From an uncultured Flavobacteriales bacterium (lineage in GTDB: Bacteria; Bacteroidota; Bacteroidia; Flavobacteriales; BACL11): a DNA stretch of 64,000 bases. This document shows positions 56,243 through 64,000 of the stretch, piece after piece. A model generated the notes under the pieces. The model ran no database searches. It saw only the letters and a list, made by a program, of their open reading frames with translations, and had not been told where the DNA came from. The position numbers and the translations under genes were made by a program. The stretch's first letter is position 1, and each line of letters opens with the position of its first letter. Location: positions 6,279 to 70,278 of the forward strand of contig CAJQIZ010000011.1 in NCBI GenBank assembly GCA_905478555.1. Direction: 5' to 3'.

Positions 56243-59200
56243 CTTTTTTCATCTGTTAAATCATTAAAATATTGGTTTACCTTCTCTTTATAAAAAGGAT
56301 TCAATTGAATTGGAGTTGTCTTTAAAAGTTCCTCTTGTTCTTTCTTCTTGTTAATATATTCTAAATAGTTCGAATTACTATTTTCTATTTCATAATTCCA
56401 TTCTATTGACTCTCTTTTTTCTTCCTCCCCTTTTTCTCTTTGAGCTTCTTCTGCTTCTAAGAGTTTACTAAGTATTTCCTCTTGTCTTAAAAGTGTTTCA
56501 TTTGTAATATTATTGTTTAAAATATCTGTTTCATTTTCTTCCATCTTTTCTAGTATCCTGTCTATATTCCCTTTTTCACCATTTATACCTATTTCATCTC
56601 TTAGTTCCTGTAGTCTTTGCCTTATTTTTTGTTGTTGTTGTGCTAGAAGCATTAATGCTTTGCTATTTCCTTCAGAAGATGGTTCTTTTCCATTTTTCTT
56701 TCCCTTTTTTCCTTTTTCCCCTTTCTTTCCCTTTTGCTCTTTCATTTTTTTCTTAAGTTTCTCTTGCATTTTCTTAAGTTCTTTTAAAGATGGTTTTGTT
56801 CCACTTCCTGGTTTGTTACATTGTTTGGTTCCTGGTTTTTTGTTTGCTAAATCCATCTGCATTTGTTTCAGTGTTTCTGATAAAAGTAAGGATAAATTGT
56901 TCACTGAGGTCATTACAAATTGTTGTTTAGATACTCCTAAGTTTATTTTTCTTTCTTCAAAAAATGAAATAGATTTTTCTATATTAAAGTTTATAGAGTT
57001 AATTTCCTTATTTATTATGGACTCTATTTGAATTACTCTTTTACTTAGTGCTAGAAGAGAATCTTCAATAATTTGAGAATCATCAGATAGTTTTTTTTGT
57101 TTCTGTATGTAACTTATAATACTATTACTGTTACTTGGAAGGTCACTTATTTTACTTATTAATTCCTCTTGATTAAAAGAAAGGGTAATTAAGTTTTCTA
57201 ATATCTGTCTAAGAGTTTCCATGTCTTCAATAGGTTTACTTTCAGATTCTGAACTCTGTAAGCTTTTCATTTTTTCAGACATTTCTTCTAATTCTTCAAT
57301 GCTTTCCTCTTGTTCTTTTGCTGATTTCTTCTTTTTCTTTTTCTTCAATGCATTTTTACTTTCCTCCATTTTTTCAGAAGCTTTTTCTTCCTCTTTTTTT
57401 AAATCAGGAAGATCTTTTTTCTTTTCTAATTCTTTATTTTGTTCTTCTAATTTTTTTAAATCTTCTTTTAATTTATCTAGATCTTCTTGCAGTTTCTCTT
57501 GTTCTTTAATAAGATCCTCTGTTTTAGATTCCTTCTCTTCTGTTTTCTTTTTTAACTTCTTCTGTTTTTCTTTTAATTTATCAATTTTATTGATAGTTTC
57601 TTCTAGTTTCTGTTCAAATTCTAATTCTTTATATATTTCCAGATTCCTGTCTAATTCCTTTTCCAGATCAGTATTATCTTTTTCCATTTTATCCAGAACT
57701 TCTTTCATTTTTTCTTTATTCATCTCCTCTAATAATTTCTGCAGATCTTTAAAAAGTTTCTTACTTTCTTCATCTAAAACCTTTTCCATTAATTGTTCTA
57801 ATTTCTTTTGTTTTTCTAATATTGAAGAATTTATTTTCTCTTGTATTTTGTTGTTTTTGTTGTTTCTTTTATTGTTTTCTTTTATTTGTTTCTCTAGTTC
57901 TTTTTGTTTTTTTATTATATCCTCCGCTTTCTTCTTTTCCTCCCATCCAAGTTCTTTTTTATCTATTAAATCTCTCTTTAAATTTTTAATATCTTCTTGT
58001 ATTTCTTCTGCTAGTTTTATTGTGTTATCTATGTTTTTCTTTATTTTTTCATTCTCAGCATTTCTCTTTATGGTTAAATCTTCTTTAGAGGGCTCGTTAT
58101 AGCTAAAATTGGTAGTTTTACTTGATTTACTTCCGTTTATTCCATCATTATCCCAAATTTCAAAATAGAATTTTATCTCATCTGATGGAGATAAATTAAG
58201 AGAGTTTAAATCTAAGAAGTGATAGTAACTTTCTTTAGATAATTGGTTGATAGTTATATTTTCCTGTTTAGTATAGATACTATCCTCTGTTTTAACTTCA
58301 TAATTAAAGTATAGTATTTTTAACTGGTAATCATCAGAAATATCACCCTTAAAATACATATGATTAGAGACGCTATCTAGTTTAACCTCTAGATTTATTT
58401 TAGGAAACTCATCTTTTATTACAGAGATGGAGTAAAAAGTTTTCTTTGTAGTAACATCTCTATTTTTTGTTGAAATAGAATAGTTTGTATTACTCAAAAT
58501 TTCTTTTTGTACATTAACAGTATTATTTATTGTATTATAATTATCTGAATTCTCATTATATCTAAAAATGAGACTATCGGTGTTTTGTAGTTTAAACTCC
58601 CAATTTACAGTTGTTCCCTCAGGAAGTGTGAAATCTCCAATATTTTGGATAGTTTTATCTTGTATTTTTGTGTAGGATGGATACTTTAATCTTGTTTTAA
58701 ATTCTAGTACTGTTGGTTTTAATAAAGACACTAAATGGTATTCCTCAGAGTTAAATCCTTCTGCATGGAATTTAAAACTTGTGTTCTCTACTACATTACT
58801 AAACAAGAAGTGAAATTCGGATAAATTATCCTTGGCTAGATTAAATTTATTACCCTCTATTTCAATATATACATTAGAAGGAATTTTTTCTCCTTCTATT
58901 TTCACCTCCAGTTTAAAGTTTTCATGCTGAACCACTTCTAGTTTTTCATTTTCAACAATAAAACGAAAAGGTGCTTGTGGTATGTACTCTGTGTTATGGT
59001 CAATAATTCTAGCGGAACTTTCGGTTATTATATTTGTATTACCAGAAAATATAAAAATTATGAGAAGTATTATTGGGGTTAAAATCCATTTTAGGTATTT
59101 CTTATTTTCTTTTAAATCTATAGCATTTCTAAAATTGAATACTTTAATATTATTTGTTTTCTGAATAATACTTGCTTCTGTTAGATTGTTATTGTCGTTA

Positions 59201-59559
59201 TTATTTTCATCTAATTGAAGTATATTCAGAATTTTATCATCAATTTCTGGAAAATATTTCCCGATAATAACTGCAGCTTGTTTGTAATTTAATCTGTTTC
59301 CAATTTTCAGTAAATTAAACAGGGGGATAATAATATATATTACTAAAACTATAAAGTTTAATAGTATATAACTCCAAAATATTATACTTCTAGTAGTAGA
59401 ACTATATCTAGAGAAATATTCCAAAACAGAAAATAATATAAAAAATATAAGTAATGCAGAAATTACGAAAATCAGACCTTTTAAAATCTTATTTCTGTAA
59501 TATTTACTTATAAACTGATTTAGTTTATCTAATAATATATTTCCAACTTCTTTATTCAT
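56239..59559 (-). CDS. large membrane-anchored K/E-rich coiled-coil protein (DUF4175-like, recalled)
   Basis: 1106 aa. Three or four N-terminal TM segments, a beta-rich middle region, and several hundred residues of K/E-rich helix (e.g. KELEKQIKENNKRNNKNNKIQEK, KKKKKKSAKEQEES). Conserved position upstream of ybeY-mnmG as I recall for Flavobacteriia. Confidence 0.5.
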   Translation of the reverse strand: MNKEVGNILLDKLNQFISKYYRNKILKGLIFVISALLIFFILFSVLEYFSRYSSTTRSIIFWSYILLNFIVLVIYIIIPLFNLLKIGNRLNYKQAAVIIGKYFPEIDDKILNILQLDENNNDNNNLTEASIIQKTNNIKVFNFRNAIDLKENKKYLKWILTPIILLIIFIFSGNTNIITESSARIIDHNTEYIPQAPFRFIVENEKLEVVQHENFKLEVKIEGEKIPSNVYIEIEGNKFNLAKDNLSEFHFLFSNVVENTSFKFHAEGFNSEEYHLVSLLKPTVLEFKTRLKYPSYTKIQDKTIQNIGDFTLPEGTTVNWEFKLQNTDSLIFRYNENSDNYNTINNTVNVQKEILSNTNYSISTKNRDVTTKKTFYSISVIKDEFPKINLEVKLDSVSNHMYFKGDISDDYQLKILYFNYEVKTEDSIYTKQENITINQLSKESYYHFLDLNSLNLSPSDEIKFYFEIWDNDGINGSKSSKTTNFSYNEPSKEDLTIKRNAENEKIKKNIDNTIKLAEEIQEDIKNLKRDLIDKKELGWEEKKKAEDIIKKQKELEKQIKENNKRNNKNNKIQEKINSSILEKQKKLEQLMEKVLDEESKKLFKDLQKLLEEMNKEKMKEVLDKMEKDNTDLEKELDRNLEIYKELEFEQKLEETINKIDKLKEKQKKLKKKTEEKESKTEDLIKEQEKLQEDLDKLKEDLKKLEEQNKELEKKKDLPDLKKEEEKASEKMEESKNALKKKKKKKSAKEQEESIEELEEMSEKMKSLQSSESESKPIEDMETLRQILENLITLSFNQEELISKISDLPSNSNSIISYIQKQKKLSDDSQIIEDSLLALSKRVIQIESIINKEINSINFNIEKSISFFEERKINLGVSKQQFVMTSVNNLSLLLSETLKQMQMDLANKKPGTKQCNKPGSGTKPSLKELKKMQEKLKKKMKEQKGKKGEKGKKGKKNGKEPSSEGNSKALMLLAQQQQKIRQRLQELRDEIGINGEKGNIDRILEKMEENETDILNNNITNETLLRQEEILSKLLEAEEAQREKGEEEKRESIEWNYEIENSNSNYLEYINKKKEQEELLKTTPIQLNPFYKEKVNQYFNDLTDEKR

Positions 59560-59619
59560 ATAATTTGCTAAAATACAATTTTAAATCCGTTAAATATAAA
59601 CGAATACTTTTGTAAGTAT

Positions 59620-59627
59620 TATCTTTG
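59620..59627 (+). promoter_or_regulatory. -7 box TATCTTTG, 18 nt upstream of gltX (a second candidate TACTTTTG lies at 59605-59612)
   Basis: Exact TAnnTTTG matches. Confidence 0.35.
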
Positions 59628-59645
59628 CCAACGAAAAAATAAATA

Positions 59646-61172
59646 ATGATGTCAGAAGTAAGAGTAAGATTTGCGCCAAGCCCGACAGGACCACTACATA
59701 TTGGAGGAGTAAGAACCGCTTTATACAACTATCTTTTTGCTAAAAACAAAGGAGGAAAAATGATTTTGCGTATTGAAGATACCGATCAAGCTCGTTTTGT
59801 TGAAGGTTCGGAACAATATATTATTGATTCCTTAAAATGGTGTGGAATAGAGTTTGATGAATCAGTTGTAAGTGGGGGAGAATTTGGTCCTTACAAGCAA
59901 TCTGAAAGAAAAGAACTGTACTTGCCTTATGCCGAGCAATTGGTAAAAGATGGTTTTGCTTATTATGCTTTTGATACTTCAGAAGAGCTTACTACAATGA
60001 GAGAGAGAATGAAAGCAGCAGGAGCTCCTTCTCCACAATACAATGCTGTTACTCGTACTACTATGAAAAATTCTTTGGCTTTATCAGAAGATGAAGTGCA
60101 AAAAAGAATGGAAGCGGGAGAAGATTATGTTATCCGTATAAAAATGCCTAGAAATGAGGAGGTAAAACTAAATGACATTATAAGAGGTTGGGTAGTAGTA
60201 AATACCAATAATATGGACGATAAAGTTATCTTCAAATCGGATGGGATGCCAACTTATCATTTGGCAAATGTTGTAGATGATTATCTAATGAAAATTTCGC
60301 ATGTGATAAGAGGGGAGGAGTGGTTACCATCTGCACCTTTACATGTTTTATTATACAGATATTTAGGATGGGAAGATGAAATACCACAGTTTGCGCATTT
60401 ACCACTTATCTTAAAACCAGATGGAAATGGTAAATTAAGTAAAAGAGATGGGGACAGATTAGGATTTCCGGTTTTTCCAACTGAGTGGACGAACCCAGAA
60501 ACAAAAGAAACAAGTTCTGGATATAGAGAAGAGGGGTACATTATAGAAGCATTTATAAATATGCTTTCCTTTTTAGGGTGGAACCCAGGAACTACACAAG
60601 AGATTTTTTCTATGCAAGGATTGATAGAATCATTTAGTTTAGAGAGAGTAGGGAAGGCAGGATCAAAGTTTGATTTTGATAAAACAAGATGGTTCAATCA
60701 GCAATATTTGAGAGCAAAATCCAAAGAAGAATTAGCACAAGATTTACAAATCATCTTGAAAGAAAATGGGGTTGAGGCGGAAGATAGTTTTGTGGAAACT
60801 GTTTGTGAGCAATTAAAAGAAAGAGCCACTTTTGTAAAAGATATGTGGGAAGAAGGAACCTATTATTTTTCAGCACCTACTAATTATGATGAGAAAACAA
60901 TCCGTAAAAAGTGGAAAGAAGATACTCCAAAATATGTATCGGAATTAAAAGACAGATTATCTGAATTATCTGATTTCTCCTCTGAGAGTATTGAGATAGA
61001 ATTTAAAATATACTTGGAAGAAAATGAACTAGGAATGGGTAAATTATTACCTGCTTTTAGAGTTTCTTTAACAGGATCAGGAATGGGACCTTCTTTATTT
61101 GATATTGCTTCTCTTTTAGGAAAAGAAGAAACATTAAAAAGAATGGAAACCGCATTAGAAAAAATTAACTAA
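59646..61172 (+). CDS. gltX: glutamate--tRNA ligase
   Basis: RFAPSPTGPLHIGGVRTA (HIGH) and KLSKR (KMSKS) class I motifs. 508 aa. Confidence 0.95.
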   Translation: MMSEVRVRFAPSPTGPLHIGGVRTALYNYLFAKNKGGKMILRIEDTDQARFVEGSEQYIIDSLKWCGIEFDESVVSGGEFGPYKQSERKELYLPYAEQLVKDGFAYYAFDTSEELTTMRERMKAAGAPSPQYNAVTRTTMKNSLALSEDEVQKRMEAGEDYVIRIKMPRNEEVKLNDIIRGWVVVNTNNMDDKVIFKSDGMPTYHLANVVDDYLMKISHVIRGEEWLPSAPLHVLLYRYLGWEDEIPQFAHLPLILKPDGNGKLSKRDGDRLGFPVFPTEWTNPETKETSSGYREEGYIIEAFINMLSFLGWNPGTTQEIFSMQGLIESFSLERVGKAGSKFDFDKTRWFNQQYLRAKSKEELAQDLQIILKENGVEAEDSFVETVCEQLKERATFVKDMWEEGTYYFSAPTNYDEKTIRKKWKEDTPKYVSELKDRLSELSDFSSESIEIEFKIYLEENELGMGKLLPAFRVSLTGSGMGPSLFDIASLLGKEETLKRMETALEKIN

Positions 61173-61525
61173 TGGGATTAATTACAGTAGAGGGCATTCG
61201 AGTTTTTGGGTATCATGGTCATTTGTCAGAAGAAGCGGTTTTGGGTGGACATTTTGTAATAAATGTTTGGGTAAAAGTGGACACATCAGAAGTTGAAAAA
61301 ACAGATGACTTGAACCACACAGTTGATTATGTGAAAATCATAGAAATTGTAAAAGAGCAAATGGCAATTCGAGCGGATATGATTGAAGTTCCTGCAAAAA
61401 GAATTGTTGATGCCATTTTACCTTTAAATAAAGTTCAAAAAGTAAAAGTAGAAGTGGAAAAAGTATTACCCCCAATTGACGCTTCTTTCGATAAAATTTC
61501 AGTGACTAGTCAGGCAGAAAATTAA
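61172..61525 (+). CDS. folB: dihydroneopterin aldolase
   Basis: 117 aa. FGYHGHLSEEAVLGGHFVINV and TVDYVKI are typical FolB motifs. The ATG overlaps the gltX stop (TAATG). Confidence 0.82.
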   Translation: MGLITVEGIRVFGYHGHLSEEAVLGGHFVINVWVKVDTSEVEKTDDLNHTVDYVKIIEIVKEQMAIRADMIEVPAKRIVDAILPLNKVQKVKVEVEKVLPPIDASFDKISVTSQAEN

Positions 61526-63057
61526 GCCAAATATTTAGAAATATTTACTTTTTCTGCAATTATAGAGTGCAGTTTTTCAACTGAAACTCTTTCTTGCTTC
61601 ATAGTATCTCTATCTCTTAAAGTAACCGTATTATCCTCTAAAGTTTGGTGGTCGACAGTAATACAATAAGGAGTTCCAATCGCATCTTGTCTTCTGTATC
61701 TTTTTCCGATAGAATCTTTTTCTTCATATTGACAACTGAAATCAAGTTGTAACATTTTCATTATTTCTCTTGCTTTTTCTGGCATGCCATCTTTTTTGGT
61801 AAGTGGTAAGATAGCCGCTTTTATTGGAGATAAAAGGGCAGGAATTTTTAATATTACTCTAGTTTCTCCATTTTCCAATTTTTCTTCCCGGAAAGAATGA
61901 CTCAATACGGTAAGGAACATTCTATCCAAACCAATAGAAGTTTCTACTACATAAGGCACATAACTTTCTCCTAATTCAGGATCAAAATATTGTAACTTTT
62001 TCCCAGAATGTTCTTGATGTGCTTTTAAGTCAAAATCAGTACGAGAATGAATCCCCTCTAATTCTTTAAATCCGAATGGGAATTTGAATTCAATATCGGT
62101 AGCAGCATTGGCGTAATGCGCTAAATTTTCATGATCATGAAAACGATAATCTTCTTTTCCCATACCTAATGAATTGTGCCATTTCATTCGGGATTCCTTC
62201 CAGTATTCATACCATTTCATTTCCTCTCCTGGGCGAACAAAAAATTGCATTTCCATTTGTTCGAATTCCCTCATTCGGAAAATAAACTGACGCGCTACAA
62301 TTTCATTACGGAAGGCTTTACCAATTTGAGCAATTCCAAAGGGAATTTTCATACGAGCCGTTTTCTGTACATTTAAGAAATTTACAAAAATTCCTTGTGC
62401 TGTTTCTGGTCGTAGATACAAATCAGAGGAACCATCAGCAGTAGCTCCCATTTGGGTTTTAAACATCAAATTAAACTGACGGACATCTGTCCAATTATTC
62501 GTTCCTGAAACTGGGCATTTAATGTCTAACTCTTCAATTAGCGCTTTCACTCCCTCCAAATCTCCAGATGAAAGAGAAGTGTTCATTTTTTCATTTATGG
62601 CATCAATTTGTTTTTGTCTATCCAAAATTCTACCATTAGTAGTCACAAATTCATCTTTGTTAAAATCATCTCCAAATCGCTTGGCAGCTTTCACACAATC
62701 TTTCTCAATTTTAGCTTCAATCTTGGCAATATGATCTTCAATTAATACATCTGCACGGTATCTTTTTTTAGAATCCTTATTATCAATTAAAGGGTCGTTA
62801 AAGGCATCAATATGTCCGGAAGCTTTCCAAGTAGTAGGATGCATGAAAATAGAGGAATCTAATCCTACAATATTTTCGTGCATATTTACCATTGATTTCC
62901 ACCAATAGTTTTTAATATTATTTTTCAATTCTACTCCATTCGGACCATAATCGTAAGCGGCTGCCAGACCATCGTAAATCTCAGAGGATTGAAATACATA
63001 ACCATACTCTTTTGCGTGGGATACTACTTTTTTAAAGATATCTTCATAATTTGCCAT
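61522..63057 (-). CDS. glyQS: glycine--tRNA ligase (dimeric class II)
   Basis: Class II GlyRS sequence throughout (YLRPETAQGIF, GKAFRNE, FEQMEMQFF, ETSIGLDR). Start moved to MANYEDIFKK (comp 63055-63057) because the -7 box lies inside the longer ORF. Confidence 0.95.
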   Translation of the reverse strand: MANYEDIFKKVVSHAKEYGYVFQSSEIYDGLAAAYDYGPNGVELKNNIKNYWWKSMVNMHENIVGLDSSIFMHPTTWKASGHIDAFNDPLIDNKDSKKRYRADVLIEDHIAKIEAKIEKDCVKAAKRFGDDFNKDEFVTTNGRILDRQKQIDAINEKMNTSLSSGDLEGVKALIEELDIKCPVSGTNNWTDVRQFNLMFKTQMGATADGSSDLYLRPETAQGIFVNFLNVQKTARMKIPFGIAQIGKAFRNEIVARQFIFRMREFEQMEMQFFVRPGEEMKWYEYWKESRMKWHNSLGMGKEDYRFHDHENLAHYANAATDIEFKFPFGFKELEGIHSRTDFDLKAHQEHSGKKLQYFDPELGESYVPYVVETSIGLDRMFLTVLSHSFREEKLENGETRVILKIPALLSPIKAAILPLTKKDGMPEKAREIMKMLQLDFSCQYEEKDSIGKRYRRQDAIGTPYCITVDHQTLEDNTVTLRDRDTMKQERVSVEKLHSIIAEKVNISKYLA

Positions 63058-63061
63058 GTCG

Positions 63062-63069
63062 CAAAAATA
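63062..63069 (-). promoter_or_regulatory. -7 box TATTTTTG (minus strand), 4 nt upstream of the glyQS ATG
   Basis: Reverse complement of caaaaata. The minus strand reads TATTTTTG-cgac-ATG. Confidence 0.4.
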
Positions 63070-63091
63070 GTAAATCAAAATATTATTTGTG

Positions 63092-63099
63092 TAGTTTTG
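63092..63099 (+). promoter_or_regulatory. -7 box TAGTTTTG, 4 nt upstream of the DUF3109-like gene ATG
   Basis: TAGTTTTG-ttct-ATG on the plus strand. Confidence 0.4.
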
Positions 63100-63103
63100 T
63101 TCT

Positions 63104-63670
63104 ATGATTCAAGTAGACGATAAAATTATTTCTTTAGATGTGTTTGAAAAACACTTTGTATGTGATTTAAATGCCTGCAAAGGAGCTTGTTGTGTGGAGG
63201 GGGATTCAGGGGCTCCACTACTTGTTGGGGAAGAGAAAATATTAGATGATATTTACGAAAAAGTAAAACCTTATATGAGAGCGGAGGGAATTACAGAAAT
63301 AGAAAATCAGGGAGTTGCTGTATATGATGCAGATGGTGATTTGACTACTCCTCTTGTAAATAATAGAGAATGTGCTTTTGTAATAGATGAAAAAGGCATT
63401 TCAAAATGCTCTATTGAAAAGGCATATTATGATGGTAAAGTCGATTTTAAGAAACCAATTTCGTGCCATTTATTTCCAATACGCATAAAAGAATACCGTG
63501 ATTTTGATGCCGTAAATTATGAAGAGATAAAAATTTGTAAGCCCGCATGCGAATGTGGTAGCAAATTAGAAGTTCCGGTTTATGCCTTTTTAAAAGAACC
63601 CTTAATCCGAAAATATGGCAAAGCTTGGTACAAGGAATTGTTGGAGGCTGCTAAGTTGTTGAAGCATTAA
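63104..63670 (+). CDS. Cys-rich DUF3109-like protein
   Basis: 188 aa. CDLNACKGACC and CHLFPIR / CKPACECG cysteine clusters. Family name recalled, not verified. Confidence 0.5.
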   Translation: MIQVDDKIISLDVFEKHFVCDLNACKGACCVEGDSGAPLLVGEEKILDDIYEKVKPYMRAEGITEIENQGVAVYDADGDLTTPLVNNRECAFVIDEKGISKCSIEKAYYDGKVDFKKPISCHLFPIRIKEYRDFDAVNYEEIKICKPACECGSKLEVPVYAFLKEPLIRKYGKAWYKELLEAAKLLKH

Positions 63671-63694
63671 AAAAACGGACCCTAAAGTCCATTT

Positions 63695-63997
63695 CTAATT
63701 TTTATTTTTTAAATATTTCCAGTCTATATAAAATGTTCCAAAAGGAATAAGAGAGGCTATAGTGACAATACTTAAATCTTTTACACTCCATTCTTCTTTC
63801 CTTTTCATGAAAAAAGATAGTATTATATATGCTATAAATAGCAATCCATGCATCATGCCTAATGAACTTACAAGATCATCATTTCTACCCCAATATTTTA
63901 AAGGATCTGACACATAAAGAAGAAGTAAATAAGAAATTCCTTCAGTGAATGCAATAATTCTAAATGTATTTTTCATCCTATTTAAAAGCGTTTTCAC
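63695..63997 (-). CDS. small 3-4 TM membrane protein (DUF3817-like, recalled)
   Basis: 100 aa. FRIIAFTEGISYLLLL, HGLLFIAYIIL and ASLIPFGTFYID hydrophobic segments. The start is close to the window edge. Confidence 0.4.
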   Translation of the reverse strand: MKTLLNRMKNTFRIIAFTEGISYLLLLYVSDPLKYWGRNDDLVSSLGMMHGLLFIAYIILSFFMKRKEEWSVKDLSIVTIASLIPFGTFYIDWKYLKNKN

Positions 63998-64000
63998 CTG

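Noticed and set aside
56513-58102. Long plus-strand ORFs (172, 293 and 63 aa), rich in S/F/L/C, opposite the 1106-aa gene
   Set aside because: They are antisense shadows of purine-rich K/E codons (AAG/GAA read backwards gives CTT/TTC). Their composition is low-complexity, there is no start context, and they lie entirely inside a much longer ORF with clear TM and coiled-coil architecture.
60281-60697. 138-aa minus-strand ORF inside gltX, with similar antisense ORFs inside glyQS, gatA, mnmG, the symporter and the BNR and TonB receptor genes
   Set aside because: Each lies wholly within a strongly supported conserved gene on the other strand and has no motif of its own.

Overview
The window is a visibly AT-rich chromosomal segment (GC not computed) whose gene content and signals point to a Flavobacteriia (Bacteroidota) genome. 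The signals are TAnnTTTG-type -7 promoter boxes, no obvious Shine-Dalgarno sequences, T9SS C-terminal sorting domains, and an atp operon without atpD/atpC. Genes are tightly packed and most of the window is core housekeeping:
- fabF-acpP, purN, rnhA, rnr, rpiB and an ALDH
- a dxr-rseP operon
- atpBEFHAG preceded by bactofilin and AtpZ
- a dut/nucleotidyltransferase/TPR/DUF4292/M23 cluster
- tatA, gatA, recO, mnmG-ybeY, gltX, folB and glyQS
- two tRNAs, Asn-GTT and Arg-TCG

I found no CRISPR array, integrase, transposase, or recognisable defence or toxin system.

The only accessory-looking stretch starts at tRNA-Arg (about 45.4-52.9 kb). It holds:
- a 1113-aa SprB-repeat T9SS adhesin
- a tandemly duplicated small secreted beta-rich protein gene whose duplication junction is chimeric
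- a second secreted protein that shares an unannotated ~165-aa module with the adhesin

Other points worth a second look:
- a G9 homopolymer inside a TonB-dependent receptor gene
- a PorZ-like/recO/TonB-receptor/BNR-propeller gene string
- a zinc-less Fpg/Nei glycosylase
- -7 boxes placed exactly 4 nt before three ATGs, which predicts leaderless mRNAs
- a 490-bp AT-rich intergenic region with a repeated 13-mer

All family calls come from motifs I recognise in the supplied translations. No searches were run, and the DUF names are recalled and need HMM confirmation.
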